Positions 13,648 through 26,029 of a DNA stretch of 64,000 nt are shown in pieces; position 1 is the first letter of the stretch, and each line of letters opens with the position of its first letter. The notes under the pieces are model-generated. The model had not been told where the DNA came from. It made no database searches and saw nothing but the letters and a program-made list of their open reading frames with translations. This stretch comes from Botryllus schlosseri (lineage: Eukaryota). The position numbers and the translations under genes are program-made. The stretch lies in NCBI GenBank assembly GCA_051294905.1, contig CM119371.1, positions 1,614,001 through 1,678,000 on the forward strand, given 5' to 3'.

Positions 13648-14043
13648 CAGGGTTCTCAAAGGCTTGGCCATGACCCACTGGTGGGCCACATGAGTAATGT
13701 AAGGTACAGTGTTTTTATCGACAGCTATTACTTGATGTCTTGAAAATGACTCATGAATTTTGCTCCCAGTCAATCGGCATTACTGATACGCCGGGTCAAG
13801 TCATGTCAAGTCATTTTAGCAACGTGACTCGAGTCAAATCAAATCATACGAAAAAAGGTGACTAGAGTCTGACTTGAGTCAAGTTATGACTCGAGTACTC
13901 CCAACACTGGAAATAGGCATATCGGCAGCGGCTATTTCCACACATTGAACAGGGCTATGACTCTAGGTAGGATAAGAGGTGGGCCATGGAACATTTTGAA
14001 ACCCGAAAATGGGCCACGGTCAAAAGAAGGCCAAGAATCCCCG
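13648..14043. mobile_element. Degraded hAT-type MITE containing a GACTCGAGTC family-B fragment (~13730-13909)
   Basis: cagggttctcaaag start, gggcca subterminal motifs; internal gactcgagtc array ending ccaacactg. Confidence 0.5.
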
Positions 14044-14454
14044 ATATAGAGGTTACCAGGGCTGAAACAACAGGGCTGACAAAAATATAGATTACTCGGC
14101 AGTAAAGTGTAAAGAAATCCTGCAAATGGTATTATTTTTAATTAGGACAGTGTCATCAAACCTAATCTTGTTGCGCCTACAACAGTATGACGGCCATCTT
14201 CAACGGGCCAGAGATCAGGTGTTGCTCAATGTAACCTAAAACAATTACAAGGTTTCTTCCATATTTAATCCTGGTAACACATCCGTACTATTGCGCAAAA
14301 TTCTCTTATAGCTATCTTCTCACCCACCTCTATACTCCAATGAATCTTCGCTGTATACTGACTGCTATTACAAATATCTACCTATCCCTGTAGTAGATCA
14401 GTCTTCCTTACCGCGACATGATTCCTGCTGCATGATTTGGTAAGAATACTAAGC

Positions 14455-14602
14455 GACTGTCCGCCGTGTAGTTGTCGTTGTTGTTACCGACATGGTCGAG
14501 TTATCATATTGTGACGTTCCGCCATGACAGCCGGCTTAACCTAAGGTTACGGAAGGGTAGTAGCAGTAGGTCGACAAGGACGTTCATTCATTGCGTAACA
14601 AT
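14455..14602 (+). repeat. Dispersed SINE-like repeat, family S2 (second copy ~62252-62385)
   Basis: Shared tgtcgttgttgtt-ccg...tcgagttat...ttaacct-aggt-acgg...cattcattgcgta; A-rich tail in the 62 kb copy. Confidence 0.55.
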
Positions 14603-15645
14603 TGGTCTGTAGATCAATGAAAGCATTGAAGGGGGCGCGAAGAAGCGGTCAAGTAAAAAAAATTCGCGCTTGGCGTGTTCATGCGTGATTCTCTATATAC
14701 AGACCGAATTTCATATTTTTAATTTTTTCATAACCCTCCATGCCATCAAACAATCTGTTAAGGTTGCTAGCATCCCGGTTGGATTTTGTGATATGACTAT
14801 AAGGGGGGCGCGAAATTTTTCACAATCAAAGAGGGGGGCGTGTCTAAAAAAGGTTGATCGAGAACCACTGCTTTAGAGGATTGGCAATCCGAGACTGGAT
14901 AAACTACTCCATGTACAAAGTAGCATTTGCGGGGGTTTTCTCTTCGCGATTTCCGCTGATAGCCACAATTTATGTACTTTTGAGACAATCTATTGATGAA
15001 GATTGTTGGGAATACAGATGGTGTCCAGTATAGCTTCACTTATTAATACATGCATTGAAGATGAAGAGTAATAGAAGATCAAGGTGAGGATCTTCGTACA
15101 TGAAAAACTGTCTCAGATTTCTACATGTCGTATAATCACTGATGGCGTGTTGAATGGGAGATATTCACGCCCATGGTCAGATCAGTAGATGGACAAAAGT
15201 TCAATCTAATCATACTTTATAACTATGATTGCGCACCGTATGGATCGAGCCTTATGGCGAAAACAGGATTACGTGATCTCGAAACAACGGTAAATTATGA
15301 CTTCTTTAGGGTTACGAAGTCCCATGTCGAAGTGCCCATTTAGAAATGTCTCCTACTAAACTGTCGCTTGTAATTATACGACATGTTGAAGTGTCGGGCA
15401 ATCTGCACCTGAATGAAAAGCAGTTATATACTCCCATTGTTCATGTGAAATACGCAGGTGGGTTGTGGACATAATTGCGCCTAATTTATGCATCAACATA
15501 CTGATACCACAGAAGTCATAACCTCATGACTTCTAGGCCTGAAGAAAATTTCTTAACATATTTTGCAATTCATTGAAAAGGTGCTTTCAGCAGACCATTC
15601 TCCTAAATATGCACACCGTATTGAATTAAAGAGCATTATACTCAC

Positions 15646-15792
15646 TTTTAATCCCGGAAGGTGTTTCTCCTTCAACAATTTTAATATTGTAGACGATCTT
15701 GTTTGCATTGATTTGATCTCTGGCCACGACGTTAACAGAGCTCTTTGTGAACTTCAGATTGACATTTTCTCCTTCGGCCAAAGTTGCGGATC
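15646..15792 (-). CDS. NLR exon 2 (GSATLAEGENVNLKFTKSSVNVVARDQINANKIVYNIKIVEGETPSGIK)
   Basis: Strong acceptor tttttttcttag|, donor |gtgagt; 147 nt, open, phase 1-1 matching exon 1 and the NACHT exon. Confidence 0.75.
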
Positions 15793-16017
15793 CTAAGAAA
15801 AAAACATGATTATTTTTCTGCGTGCCAGGTTCCATAGATAGCCTTATTAGAAAACATTATGAATTCTTTTATTTTCTTCGATATCATTCGGAATATTATT
15901 TGCGCAACGAACAAAATGTACGGTATTTGAATACCTTGTCAAATGTTTTAGATGGATAATATAATCAAGTATTTCAAGTAGTCTGAGCTCAAATACAACA
16001 GAGATTGGGCTACTCAC

Positions 16018-16093
16018 CGCTTATTCCGGGTGATATTGATGTAGGCTTGACATCAGCGACATCAGAATTGTTATATTTACCCCCTTCTGCCAT
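16018..16093 (-). CDS. NLR first coding exon (MAEGGKYNNSDVADVKPTSISPGIS)
   Basis: ACCATGG Kozak context, donor |gtgagt in phase 1; an upstream acceptor (attttcag| near 16137) implies a further 5' UTR exon. Confidence 0.75.
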
Positions 16094-16164
16094 GGTCTTG
16101 ATAACGCGGTACTAATTAGCTAGCTTATATGACAATACTGAAAATATATAAGAACATTCTATGT

Positions 16165-16491
16165 TAGGGGTCCCACACTTCCTCTTTTAAGAGGATTTGT
16201 CCTCTTTTTTTACTTTTTGGAAAGTGTCCTCGGAGCATGCCCCCATGGACTCTTTTTTTTAGAATTTTGTTTCAATATATGCCAAAATTTGACTGAGATA
16301 GTTCAGTATTGAAGTAACGAACGCTCCGGCGGCTATTTCGAGAGGTGAGCCGGAAAGTTGGCCTTATTTTAGTCAACCGAACACGAATTGACAAAAAATT
16401 ACCATTTTTACAGGATTTCATCCGGTATTGCAAGTCTGAAAATGTTGAAAATGTGTCCTCTTTTCATATTTCCAAAAATATGGTAACCCTA
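16165..16491. mobile_element. MITE (TAGGGTTACCA-type ends)
   Basis: Ends taggggtccca / tggtaacccta; TSD ttctatgt/ttctatat (7/8); tcctc subterminal repeats. Confidence 0.7.
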
Positions 16492-16635
16492 TTCTATATT
16501 TCTTTTCTGAACAACAGGCTAATATTATCAATCCTGAGCACAGCGGGCTATGGAAGACCTGATGGATATATTGGAGCAATTGTCACCTGTCAACAGTCGC
16601 ATGCTGCTTATGTCGAATAGATATTGCGTTATGAC

Positions 16636-16835
16636 TTGGGCAAGTTTTAGCAACTTTTGCAACTTTTTTACAGCTTATTAAATACTCAGAAGTTATTTAG
16701 TATGGTGTTTTAGGCTGTTTGGGGGATTCTTATGTTACAAGTTTTTGCAACTTTTCTCAATTTTTTTCGTGCAACTTTTAGCATATTTTTCGATTTTTCA
16801 TGCAAATAACTTTTTACTGCAAATAGTTGACACTA
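16636..16835. repeat. Dispersed repeat with an inverted copy at ~60735-60900
   Basis: gggcaagtttt...gcaacttttttacagctt...gctgtttgg matches the reverse complement of ccaaacagc...aagctgtaaaaagagttgcaaaaacttgccc. Confidence 0.6.
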
Positions 16836-17642
16836 TGTAAATAGATCACTCGATTATTTCACTGGCGTTTAAATTTGAGGTCCTTTCTGATTTGACGTAT
16901 ATATTTAGGCTAGACCGCCGAAAATTATATTTTCACTGGGTCAATTTTTTCGGGCTATTGATTTTGTTGAACTCGCCTACACTGAATTTTGCTAAAGTGC
17001 CGTGCATACGGACTGATTCGAGTATCTCATACCCAAATAATTTCAAGGAACTTGTTCATAAATACAACTTTTCAGTGCAAATTTTGTGAAAATAAATGCA
17101 ACTTTCCACGGATTTGACTGCAACAAAAACGTGCCCTAGTGATGACTATCCGACTGCGGGAAATGATTTCCCAGTTCAACAACGAATTCATATAAATAAT
17201 CATGTAACTGCTACATTTTCAGAGTCTGCGATTTTCAAACTTCTCTTCGTAGTTTACGGAGTGGAAGTTACGATAAGTGAATTGCAGGTCGTAACGCGAC
17301 AGTGGTCAGATATAATTGGATTGGAATAATAATTTTTAATATTATCACCTTTCTTCATATGTGTGTGTTGCACAACTTCGTTGCTTACGAGTAGATGTCG
17401 ACCGGGCTTGGTCAGAAACCATGAGTCATGAATCGCAATTTGACATGTGAACAAAGAAAGTGAACGATTTTCCGAGATTTTCTGACAAATCTAGAACAGG
17501 CTCATCGTCATGGTGGTGGCAAGATTGTCACAATAGGGAAGAGCACGATAAAAAAAAATCCAGAAAAGACTAAAATTTCTATACCATACCATAGTTGCAT
17601 ATTTCCATATCCGATACCGATACTTCGTTCCATACCATATAC

Positions 17643-18294
17643 CAGGGGTCACCAACCTTTTTGCAACCGAGGGCTACTTTTGCGTGATGATTGAAGCGGC
17701 GGGCTACTATTTACTCCCGCCGTTTACCCGTGTCACACTGAATTTCCGCTTTGATATTCATATCACTTGGCAGGACTGGACATCATGTTATCTGTTTCTA
17801 TAGCAGTCAGTGGGAAGCCTGACATTGTATGATATCAACTAGTGCGCTGTTGGGTATACAGATATTGAAAATCTGCTAGTACTTCACGGCTATCTGACTT
17901 CGAATAGTAATACTGTGTACTACTCTGGCATTGTCTCTGTCGTCGAGCTATCATAACGGAACCCCCCACCATTTCAAGAAGACTGCGGACGGCATTCCGT
18001 CATGTCGCCTTTATAGGCAATGCATTCTGGTGATTCTATCATATAAATCTTATATTACTAATTGTAATTGAAGATATTATTTCTAAGTGTTTATATATGT
18101 AAGTTATATGTTAGTGTGTTTTAAACAAGAAGAGCTGAATAAATATATCTATAGATTTAAAAGCTCACTGGTAATAATCTGACGAATATTGGTAAATGCT
18201 GCTATTCCACCTATTTTTAGAATGGGCTCGCGGGCTACTCATCTAGTCCTCGCGGGCTTCATGGTGCCCGCGGGCACCGGGTTGGTGACCCCTG
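17643..18294. mobile_element. Non-autonomous hAT (Charlie/Buster-like) element
   Basis: TIR caggggtcaccaacc / ggttggtgacccctg; perfect TSD ccatatac; gcgggc subterminal motifs. Confidence 0.92.
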
Positions 18295-18320
18295 CCATAT
18301 ACCTTACCCTGCCATGGATG

Positions 18321-21300
18321 TAGGGTTGCGTTTAAATCAAATGGTTGTTTAAAACAGTGTTTTAAACAGAGTCATTTAAAAATGTGCTTTTGTTAAGTTG
18401 TATAATTATGCCGCAAGTGTTAAATATGTTCCAAATACATGTTCTATGAGCCTACCCAGTCAACAAAAGTGTGTACATTCAATGCCGAAACAGGCGAAGA
18501 AAGTGCAGGAGAGAAGTGAACGCAACCGTTTTGACTAGAGCCCGACCGATTATCGGCTCGCCGATAATATCGAGTCGATATCACGCTTGGAGAGAAATAT
18601 CGGTATCGGCCGTTGAAGGTAAAAAAATATCGGCCATTTTCGTGACGTCACAAAATGGTGGCAGGGAGTCAGAGAAGTCGATAGAAGACGTGAGGACGGT
18701 AAATTATAAAAAATAAATGGCCAAGCTGCATATAGTGCATACTCCATACAGGCAGTAGGCGTGCCTATCTGAAAAATATTATGGATTACTAACCACCGTT
18801 ATGCCCCACTGACTTTGTGGGAATCCCCCTGCAGTAATCGATCACCAAAGACAGAGAGCAGCTGGGTGGATTCGATAGTTGTCTGCAGAAGATTTCAATC
18901 AGTAAGAGAAATGAGAACATCAATCATGCTGGACTGACCCTCGTGATTATAGAGAAAAGCGTCTCGTCGAAACATTTCTCGAAGATAGTGCTATTGGTTC
19001 AGTACCAACAGAGCTACCAGTAATGTATGAAGTCGTCTGACTGAGGCCTTCGGGGCCACCATGATAGGAAATATGCGAGCATAGAGGCCAAGAAAATCAA
19101 GCAAACATGGAGTAAAGCCAATAATTGATACGAAAATTTTTAATTCCATGATGACATAGGCCAATTCTGACAAAAGAGCGTAAAATATTGATTGTTTGAA
19201 TGCTGGTCATGGTCAAGGCCCAAGGGGGGTGGGTGGAGCAGTTGCAGACGTGGACAATTTCAGTTGTTTTGCACATTCTCTTCAGCTATTTGTTAATGAT
19301 GTGCTGACGGCTCCAGGTGCACTGCCAGAAGAATATCAATATTAATATCAATATTTGGTGAAACCATTGAAGGAAAGATCCCCTGCAAGGGAGCGGTGGA
19401 ACCGAAATGGAGAAAGATTTCCAATTCTTGCTGTGCCACTAACTATGGTACCAAGTGAAAGATTGCTCACTATGTTTAGTACTTTATACATCATTTATGG
19501 AAGACCACAGAAGTTCATTCCTTGGAGAAAGAGCCGAGAAATTGTGGTTCGTGAACTGTAATCTGCAACTGCTGGATTGGTGCTTTTGATATATTTTTAT
19601 AGCCCCTAGATCATTTATTTCATGTTCAAACATATCAATGGCTGTAAAGTTGTTGAAATAAATGCTCTGAGTTGTTAAAATTGGGCCTTGAGCTAGATTC
19701 CATATCTTTTGAATATCGGCTGAATATATCGGGGTTATCGGTGGAGGTACTGGATATCGGTCTTATCGTTATCGGTATCGGCTCAGAAATCCAATATCGG
19801 TCGGGCTCTAGTTTTGACACTACAGTGAGGCGGCGCCTTTGATGTACAAAAACTGATCGCTCTCGAATTCAGAAGATCGATTGTTCTCCTTTCCATCGGT
19901 CGGCCAGCGAGATTGGTGTCAGCGTAATTAACCAATCAAATTGCGCTTGATTATCACGCGGCTTCAACGTGACGTTTCTTCTGCCTGGCTTTTCCAGGTT
20001 CGTGAGCACTTGAGCGTGGAGTGATGGTGATGTCATAAGTCATCGGATGTTGTTTACTGCTGCACACTTGAATTTTGAATTATCGTCCGTACCGGCGAAT
20101 TGTATTTCCGAGACTGTAGCGATGGAGTGGAATTTGAATGAAGTTATTTGTTGAGATAAGTGGAGCAAGAGATAGTTCGTGTTATTTTTGAGATTTGAGA
20201 ATAGCAGATCAGTCATATTAATTGCTTGTTTGTGTTAGGCTTGTAAAATAGGACATGCTATAAATGCTGACTTTGACTTTCCGTGGTCTGAAGTGTCAGG
20301 TTGGCGGCAGTGAACAGCGTGATACTTGTCAAGTGCTCTGACCGTTATGCGTACTACGGACTTGTTGATGTATATTTTATTGCTAAACCGCGAAAGAGTG
20401 TAGTTACCGCGCGCCGAATCATGACGTGTTGTGGTTATGGCTTTGACATCATTTGTTAATGCATTCATTCATGTTGGCTAGGTATATTGACGAAACATGG
20501 GATATGCTCAACCATCTATTTTCTCTGTTTGCATTATATGTGATTGAATTTACAATCGTTACATCGGTTGCCATTTCAACTGTTCAGCCAAATACTATAT
20601 ATTGTAATAATTCTGATCAAAATTTGTGATACTCATTTCAGTTAATCTACGAGTTATTTTTATTGCTATATTTAGCCTTTATTTTACGATGGAGACGGAA
20701 GCCATGAAGTGACTGCGATATACCCAGATATCCGTATACGTCTGATGGTGAATTGAAAGAAATGCAGCGTTGGCGAAGGCAACAGTTCATAAAATATCGT
20801 CCTCTAAGCATTGCTTCAGCCTGCAGGGACAAGCAAGGTCCTTGATCTGCCGATTATCATTAGTAATGATATCTCGCTTTCTGTACATCGAGGAATATGA
20901 GGCCAGTGGAATTACCCAGATATCAAAGACCAGGCTAAGCCGAAACGTGGGTTTTATCATTCACAATTGGGCTCTGAATGAATTTAGCGTCCCAGACAGT
21001 GAGCTGGCTGCTGATGGTAGCTCCGCGTTGCCTTGACCCTATTCTTCCCGCCAAGGTACAGACTTGTTCGATAAACCAGATTTTGTCTGCATTTCAATTC
21101 AAGAACAGGAATAGTTGTATCAAACTTGTCCCGGAAAGAACATCTCTCTGTATGTCGACTGAAATCACTGTGTCGTTTTATGCATTTTATATGACTGTCT
21201 GTCTGTATTTGACCGGTATTTTGAATGTATGCTCGTGGTGGATTTTATTATAACTAACACGATAATGAAAATATATTGTCAAATTGTGATGTCTTGCAAC

Positions 21301-21606
21301 ATAAGGTAAATATATCTGCCAGAAAGCAACAATGACGTATACGATATAGAATGGTTGCAGCCCGCGAAATAGTCGGTTCAACGGTACGGAATGTATGTTC
21401 AGATGACGGGTTGGAAGCCTATTTCGCCAAAGTAGCTATATTTACCCTATATTTTCAACTGCCGATGTAAATACACCATGACGTCACAATTAAATATTCG
21501 TGACGTCATTGCTTTATAAAACACTACAGCAAAAAAAACATGTTTTAAACAAGAGCCTTGTTTTAAACATGTTTATTTTAAATTGATTTTTACAAACACA
21601 ACCGAA
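18321..21606. mobile_element. TAGGGTTGC-family MITE expanded to 3.3 kb by nested insertions
   Basis: 5' and 3' segments match 4586-4994; TSD catggatg/cctggatg (7/8). Confidence 0.7.
18536..19810 (+). mobile_element. Internally deleted hAT (Ac-like) element with a remnant of the transposase C-terminal dimerization domain
   Basis: TIR tagagcccgaccgat / atcggtcgggctcta; perfect TSD gttttgac; tatcgg subterminal repeats; ~19375-19510 encodes W.RNGERFPILA..P.T.VPSERL..FS (hATC-like). Confidence 0.88.
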
Positions 21607-21975
21607 CCTGGATGCAATAATGAATAAGTATGTATCCACCATTTTCAATTACCCCACCTCCTCCCGTAGATCTACCGGCACATCATGATCACATGGATTG
21701 AGAGAGCTGGAAAAAATATACCAATATATGCAATTGCCAATATCATCGACCGAATTCAATCATGAATTCCGGAAAATGTTTACGCGAGCCACGACTAGCT
21801 AACCAGGGCCGAAACAGCAACTCGTCAGGCCTCTCCAAAAAAAAAAAACGTTGATATCGGGCCCCCATAGTATGATAAATCAAACATTCCTCCACCCCCA
21901 TAATGATACACCTATTCCCCGCTACTTGTAAGCATGACTTGTTCAACTCATTTCAGTGCGTCAGTTTATCTAACC

Positions 21976-23368
21976 CAGCGTTGAGCAATTATTTTTATCC
22001 GCGGGCCAATTGAGAAGCAGAAAATGCTTTGGCGGGAGGAGTCGTGTAGCCGTGTTTTCCAGCGAATTGATTTTATTTTTAAATTGAAAGCTGTTAATTA
22101 CACTGTTATTGAATGCTGCTCAGTGGATATGTCTGTGTTGAAATTAGGGAATGAGAAAGTGACGGTTAATTACCAAAAAGGGATATTTATTAGTTACATA
22201 CTGAAGAATTAAATGAATGTCTCGAACGAAACTCGCATGATGCGCAAATACCAAGCTAATCCAGGAAATGCCAAACAATACTGACAACTTAAAAAAGTAT
22301 TCCTGCTGTGCAGAGCAGCAAAGCGAGGATTACTTACTCACTTAATTAGCCTACTCTCTTTCTCAGCGATTGTCCGTTTTTGGCCTGATGAAGATTAGCG
22401 ATGAAAAATGGCACTCGCTCGTTATCAGGGATAAAAAAGAAACAATTGAGGATTCCAAATACAACACTACTGACAGCATTGTATTGTAACTCGTCCTCTA
22501 TAAACTAGTTTTCAACCCTGGAGCTACTACACAGCTACATTGTGGAAATGTTCGGATCCATGAATCCCGTTACCGACAGAAGTTGAAATAGTTAGTAATA
22601 AATACTTTGACGCAAATAATTATATTTCATCAAGACGGTAAATGTCTAGCATGTTCAAGTTCATGTTCATAGACGATAACCATCTGTCGTCAGTGTTAAG
22701 TTCTCAGTCTTGAAAGTAGTCATAAGGAACACGTCGGTGACGTTGTCGCTGCATTATTCTGAGAAGGCAAAAATTGCGCACTCAGTTCGGAACTTTCGGA
22801 AAAAATGGATCGAATAATAGTTATATATCCACAGAGGCGGAATCGCTTCATGTAAAATGCATGGAGAATATAATAGCTACACGAAGAATAAAATTCAGAT
22901 TTATTTAGTCCCACTGCTATTTACCTTACTTTGACCCGAAAAGCCCCGCAGCCCCAGAGAAACTCGAATGATGAGTTGGTTGGTGATATAAAATTAATAG
23001 AGCCCGTGTTGTTAACAATATCTTGTGTCGGGGCCAACGACGCATCACGATCAAAACAACGGGAGCACAGAAATATTTCAACTTGTATCGTCATCAGAGC
23101 TACTGCTTTAGTGGTTTATAACAGTAGTCAATCGGCTGATCATCGTATTTGTGCCAATTCCATTTGTTGCGAATGAATATGTTGCTCGAACAGAGCCCAT
23201 AATTTTCGTGATATAATGTATAATACTATTCTGCTTGGCGTTTAAGGCATTCCCGTAAAAACAAAAATATGGATTTGGAGGTAATCTGTAATCAGTGTCT
23301 AGTACGGCTCGCGAGTGATCAAAACTTTTGAATCCGGCCCGTGACCCAAGTTGAGTTTGACACCCCTG
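21976..23368. mobile_element. Degraded hAT-type element(s)
   Basis: 5' cagcgttgagcaa...ccgcgggcc and 3' cggccc...gtttgacacccctg ends; TSD not convincing. Confidence 0.4.
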
Positions 23369-24331
23369 GTTCAACCTCGCTGACAATAATTTATCGCTAG
23401 AATAGCCATTAAGACGCACCGAGACCTGCTGAGTACGGCTGGAGCAGGGTTCTAGACAGGTCACAAGGCTCCGACTTACACGTCAATCTCACTTTCACAA
23501 TTTTAACTCAAGTCAGGTCGATCACAAAGACAAAGCCGAGTTGTAGTCCGAGTGTACAACTGACATTCTATTTGGGGTCGCATAAAGTGTACAATGTACA
23601 ATTGTACATATGTGAATTTCTCACGTCGTTTATACAGTTGTGATATCATTAGTCAATAATGTATGTTACTCTAATACTCGATTTTATTCCTAATACTCGA
23701 TTCAGAATGGCATTAGTCAGGTGCACGATTTCGATCACCCTTAATATTCAGTTAAATAGGAATCATCCATAACACTAGCATATGTATCATGAGCAATATT
23801 CTCTATAAGCTGCGTGCGTGGGTGACCGCACTCAGAAAAACGTGTGCTGCGCACAAGTAAGCCGAAGTAGTGACATTTTTTTGTTGTCACGCACTATTAT
23901 CCAAGGGACCGCGCGGTGAGTTGGTAAGTGCGCGCAGAGTCGTAGACAATTACAGGGAACATGGAACATGAGTATCATTGATGCTCTCGGGAGTGGTATT
24001 TGGATGCGATAAACCAAGTCTGGTTTATGCACAATGCGTAATTCACATTGTTGCCCAATAATAAACCCACGCATCATCTCCCCAGAAAATAAAACAACGG
24101 CAAAAGAAAATACACAAAATCAGCCCAGTGAACATAAAAAAATAAAAAAATCAAGGTTAAAAACCTAAATCAAATCGCATTGATTTAAATCAGCCTTTTT
24201 AAAACCAGAAACCTACCTCTAACTGGGTTTTAGTGTGCCTTCGCACATATTAGTTTATTTTCATACATTGGCCTGAAATCCAGAGGCAAGTACACTCATT
24301 GTACGGCAAACCAGTTACAAAAATGTTAATG

Positions 24332-24750
24332 CAGGGCTGGGCCAACTACTAGCCGCATGCAACAAAATCGCGCATGTGTTAAGTGGAATCGCTCTCTGCA
24401 TGTACAGAAGTATTCAGAAGTATAATTTGTCGAGAGCTTATTTGAAGCTAACATGGTTATAACGCTGTCAGCACAGTGTATCCTGGAGTTGAACCAAAAG
24501 TAGAAGTAGCTAATCTAATAAGAGATCACTGCTTACATTCTAATCTCCATCCTGTTCTAAGGATCGGGACAACTGACTATCATCCCTAATTGTGAAAATT
24601 GACCAGCTTATGAAATTAGTCACGTGTAAGATATCATCAAATCAATGGTTGGTTTGTTTTAAATAAACATACCTTTCGACTTAGTCACAAGGAGAGCCAA
24701 ATATGATCCGCGATACACCGGTTTTCCAATTCTCACTAATCTAAATAACA
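24332..24750. mobile_element. hAT-family fragment related (inverted) to the interior of 37757-38727
   Basis: cagggctgggccaac start; tttgaagctaacatggttat..gctgtcagca is the reverse complement of ~38115-38145. Confidence 0.55.
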
Positions 24751-26029
24751 TGCTTCAGGATGTATTTTTGAAAATATATATCAGGCCATATTTGCCAAGG
24801 AATATGTTTGATAGTAGTGGAAGTAGTTGAATATCACAAACACTTTAGTATGGTTGAGAAATGCCGGTAAAAAATCCTAATTGTATATCCTAAAAAAGCC
24901 GAAGTACTTCATTCCTGGCCTATTGTGGTCAGACCTGATATCTGCGTACTATTGATATTCGGACATGCTTCGATATTGATATCTACGCATCAAAAAGAGC
25001 CCAAGAATAATTCAGAACTCGTATCTGCGCAGTATTGGGGGCCGGGTATTCTACGGAACTGATTGTGCGCGGTGAAAGCTGGTATATACGCTCTATTTGG
25101 GGTCAGACATGCATCGGCGTGGACATATGTGCACGAAAAACAGTGCCACCGATGCCTCAGACCAAGCTTTAGATTGTCGCAACAATTGTATCCGGACATG
25201 GACCGGAGCTGATATGTGAACTTCAAAATAGCCCTGACATGGCACGCACTCGATATCGACACACTGAATGGACTCAGTCATGCTTCAAACGTGATATCCC
25301 CGCGCTATCCACCTTGCAAACAATGCGCGATCCGAGATAACTTTTAAATGGCATTTATACACGCAGTTACTATTACTTCCGATTTTTTTCTAGATTGCGA
25401 TTACAATTACTTGAAGATGCTGCAATCGTCGAAATCGCTTGCAATTATAAATACGATTACCCCATGTCTGCTCCAAATGCATTTTGTCATTTTTCGCCAG
25501 CAACATGATAAAACATGACCAAACATCAACAAAGGATTATTTCAACAACTATTCTATTCAGCAAATTCAATTGCAACACATTGTAAAATGACTAGCTAGA
25601 TGTGAGTCTATTGAACGACTCCATCAATCAACTCGGGATAAAAGTTGAAACAATAAATAGATTAGTTAATTCGATATGGCGCGTCACTTCGTGCCTCCAG
25701 ATCATTGAATCACCATCCCCTACCCACACGATTCGGTTTATCGCTTAGTATGACATGAAGTATAACGTGCTGAAAATTCCATGCATCAACATTTCTGCGC
25801 GTGACTGAAATCGTAGTTGTTTCCGGAATAATCTGTTAGAGGCAGTCATTTTGCAGCGGAGAGATTTGCGCAGCGTTCCTTTATGCGTGTGACAAATGCG
25901 CGCGATTTAGCAGCGAAGTCAAATCGGTTAGTTTCAAATATAAAATTAATTGGAAAGCAAGTAACGGTTACCATTCTTGACGAAATGGTTTTATTAAGCA
26001 ACATGTTCTATTACCGCTTACAAACTAGC

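Noticed and set aside
13130..15410. Additional NLR exons at acceptors ~13514 and ~15408
   Set aside because: Both hit stop codons quickly in the required phase and show no domain motif.
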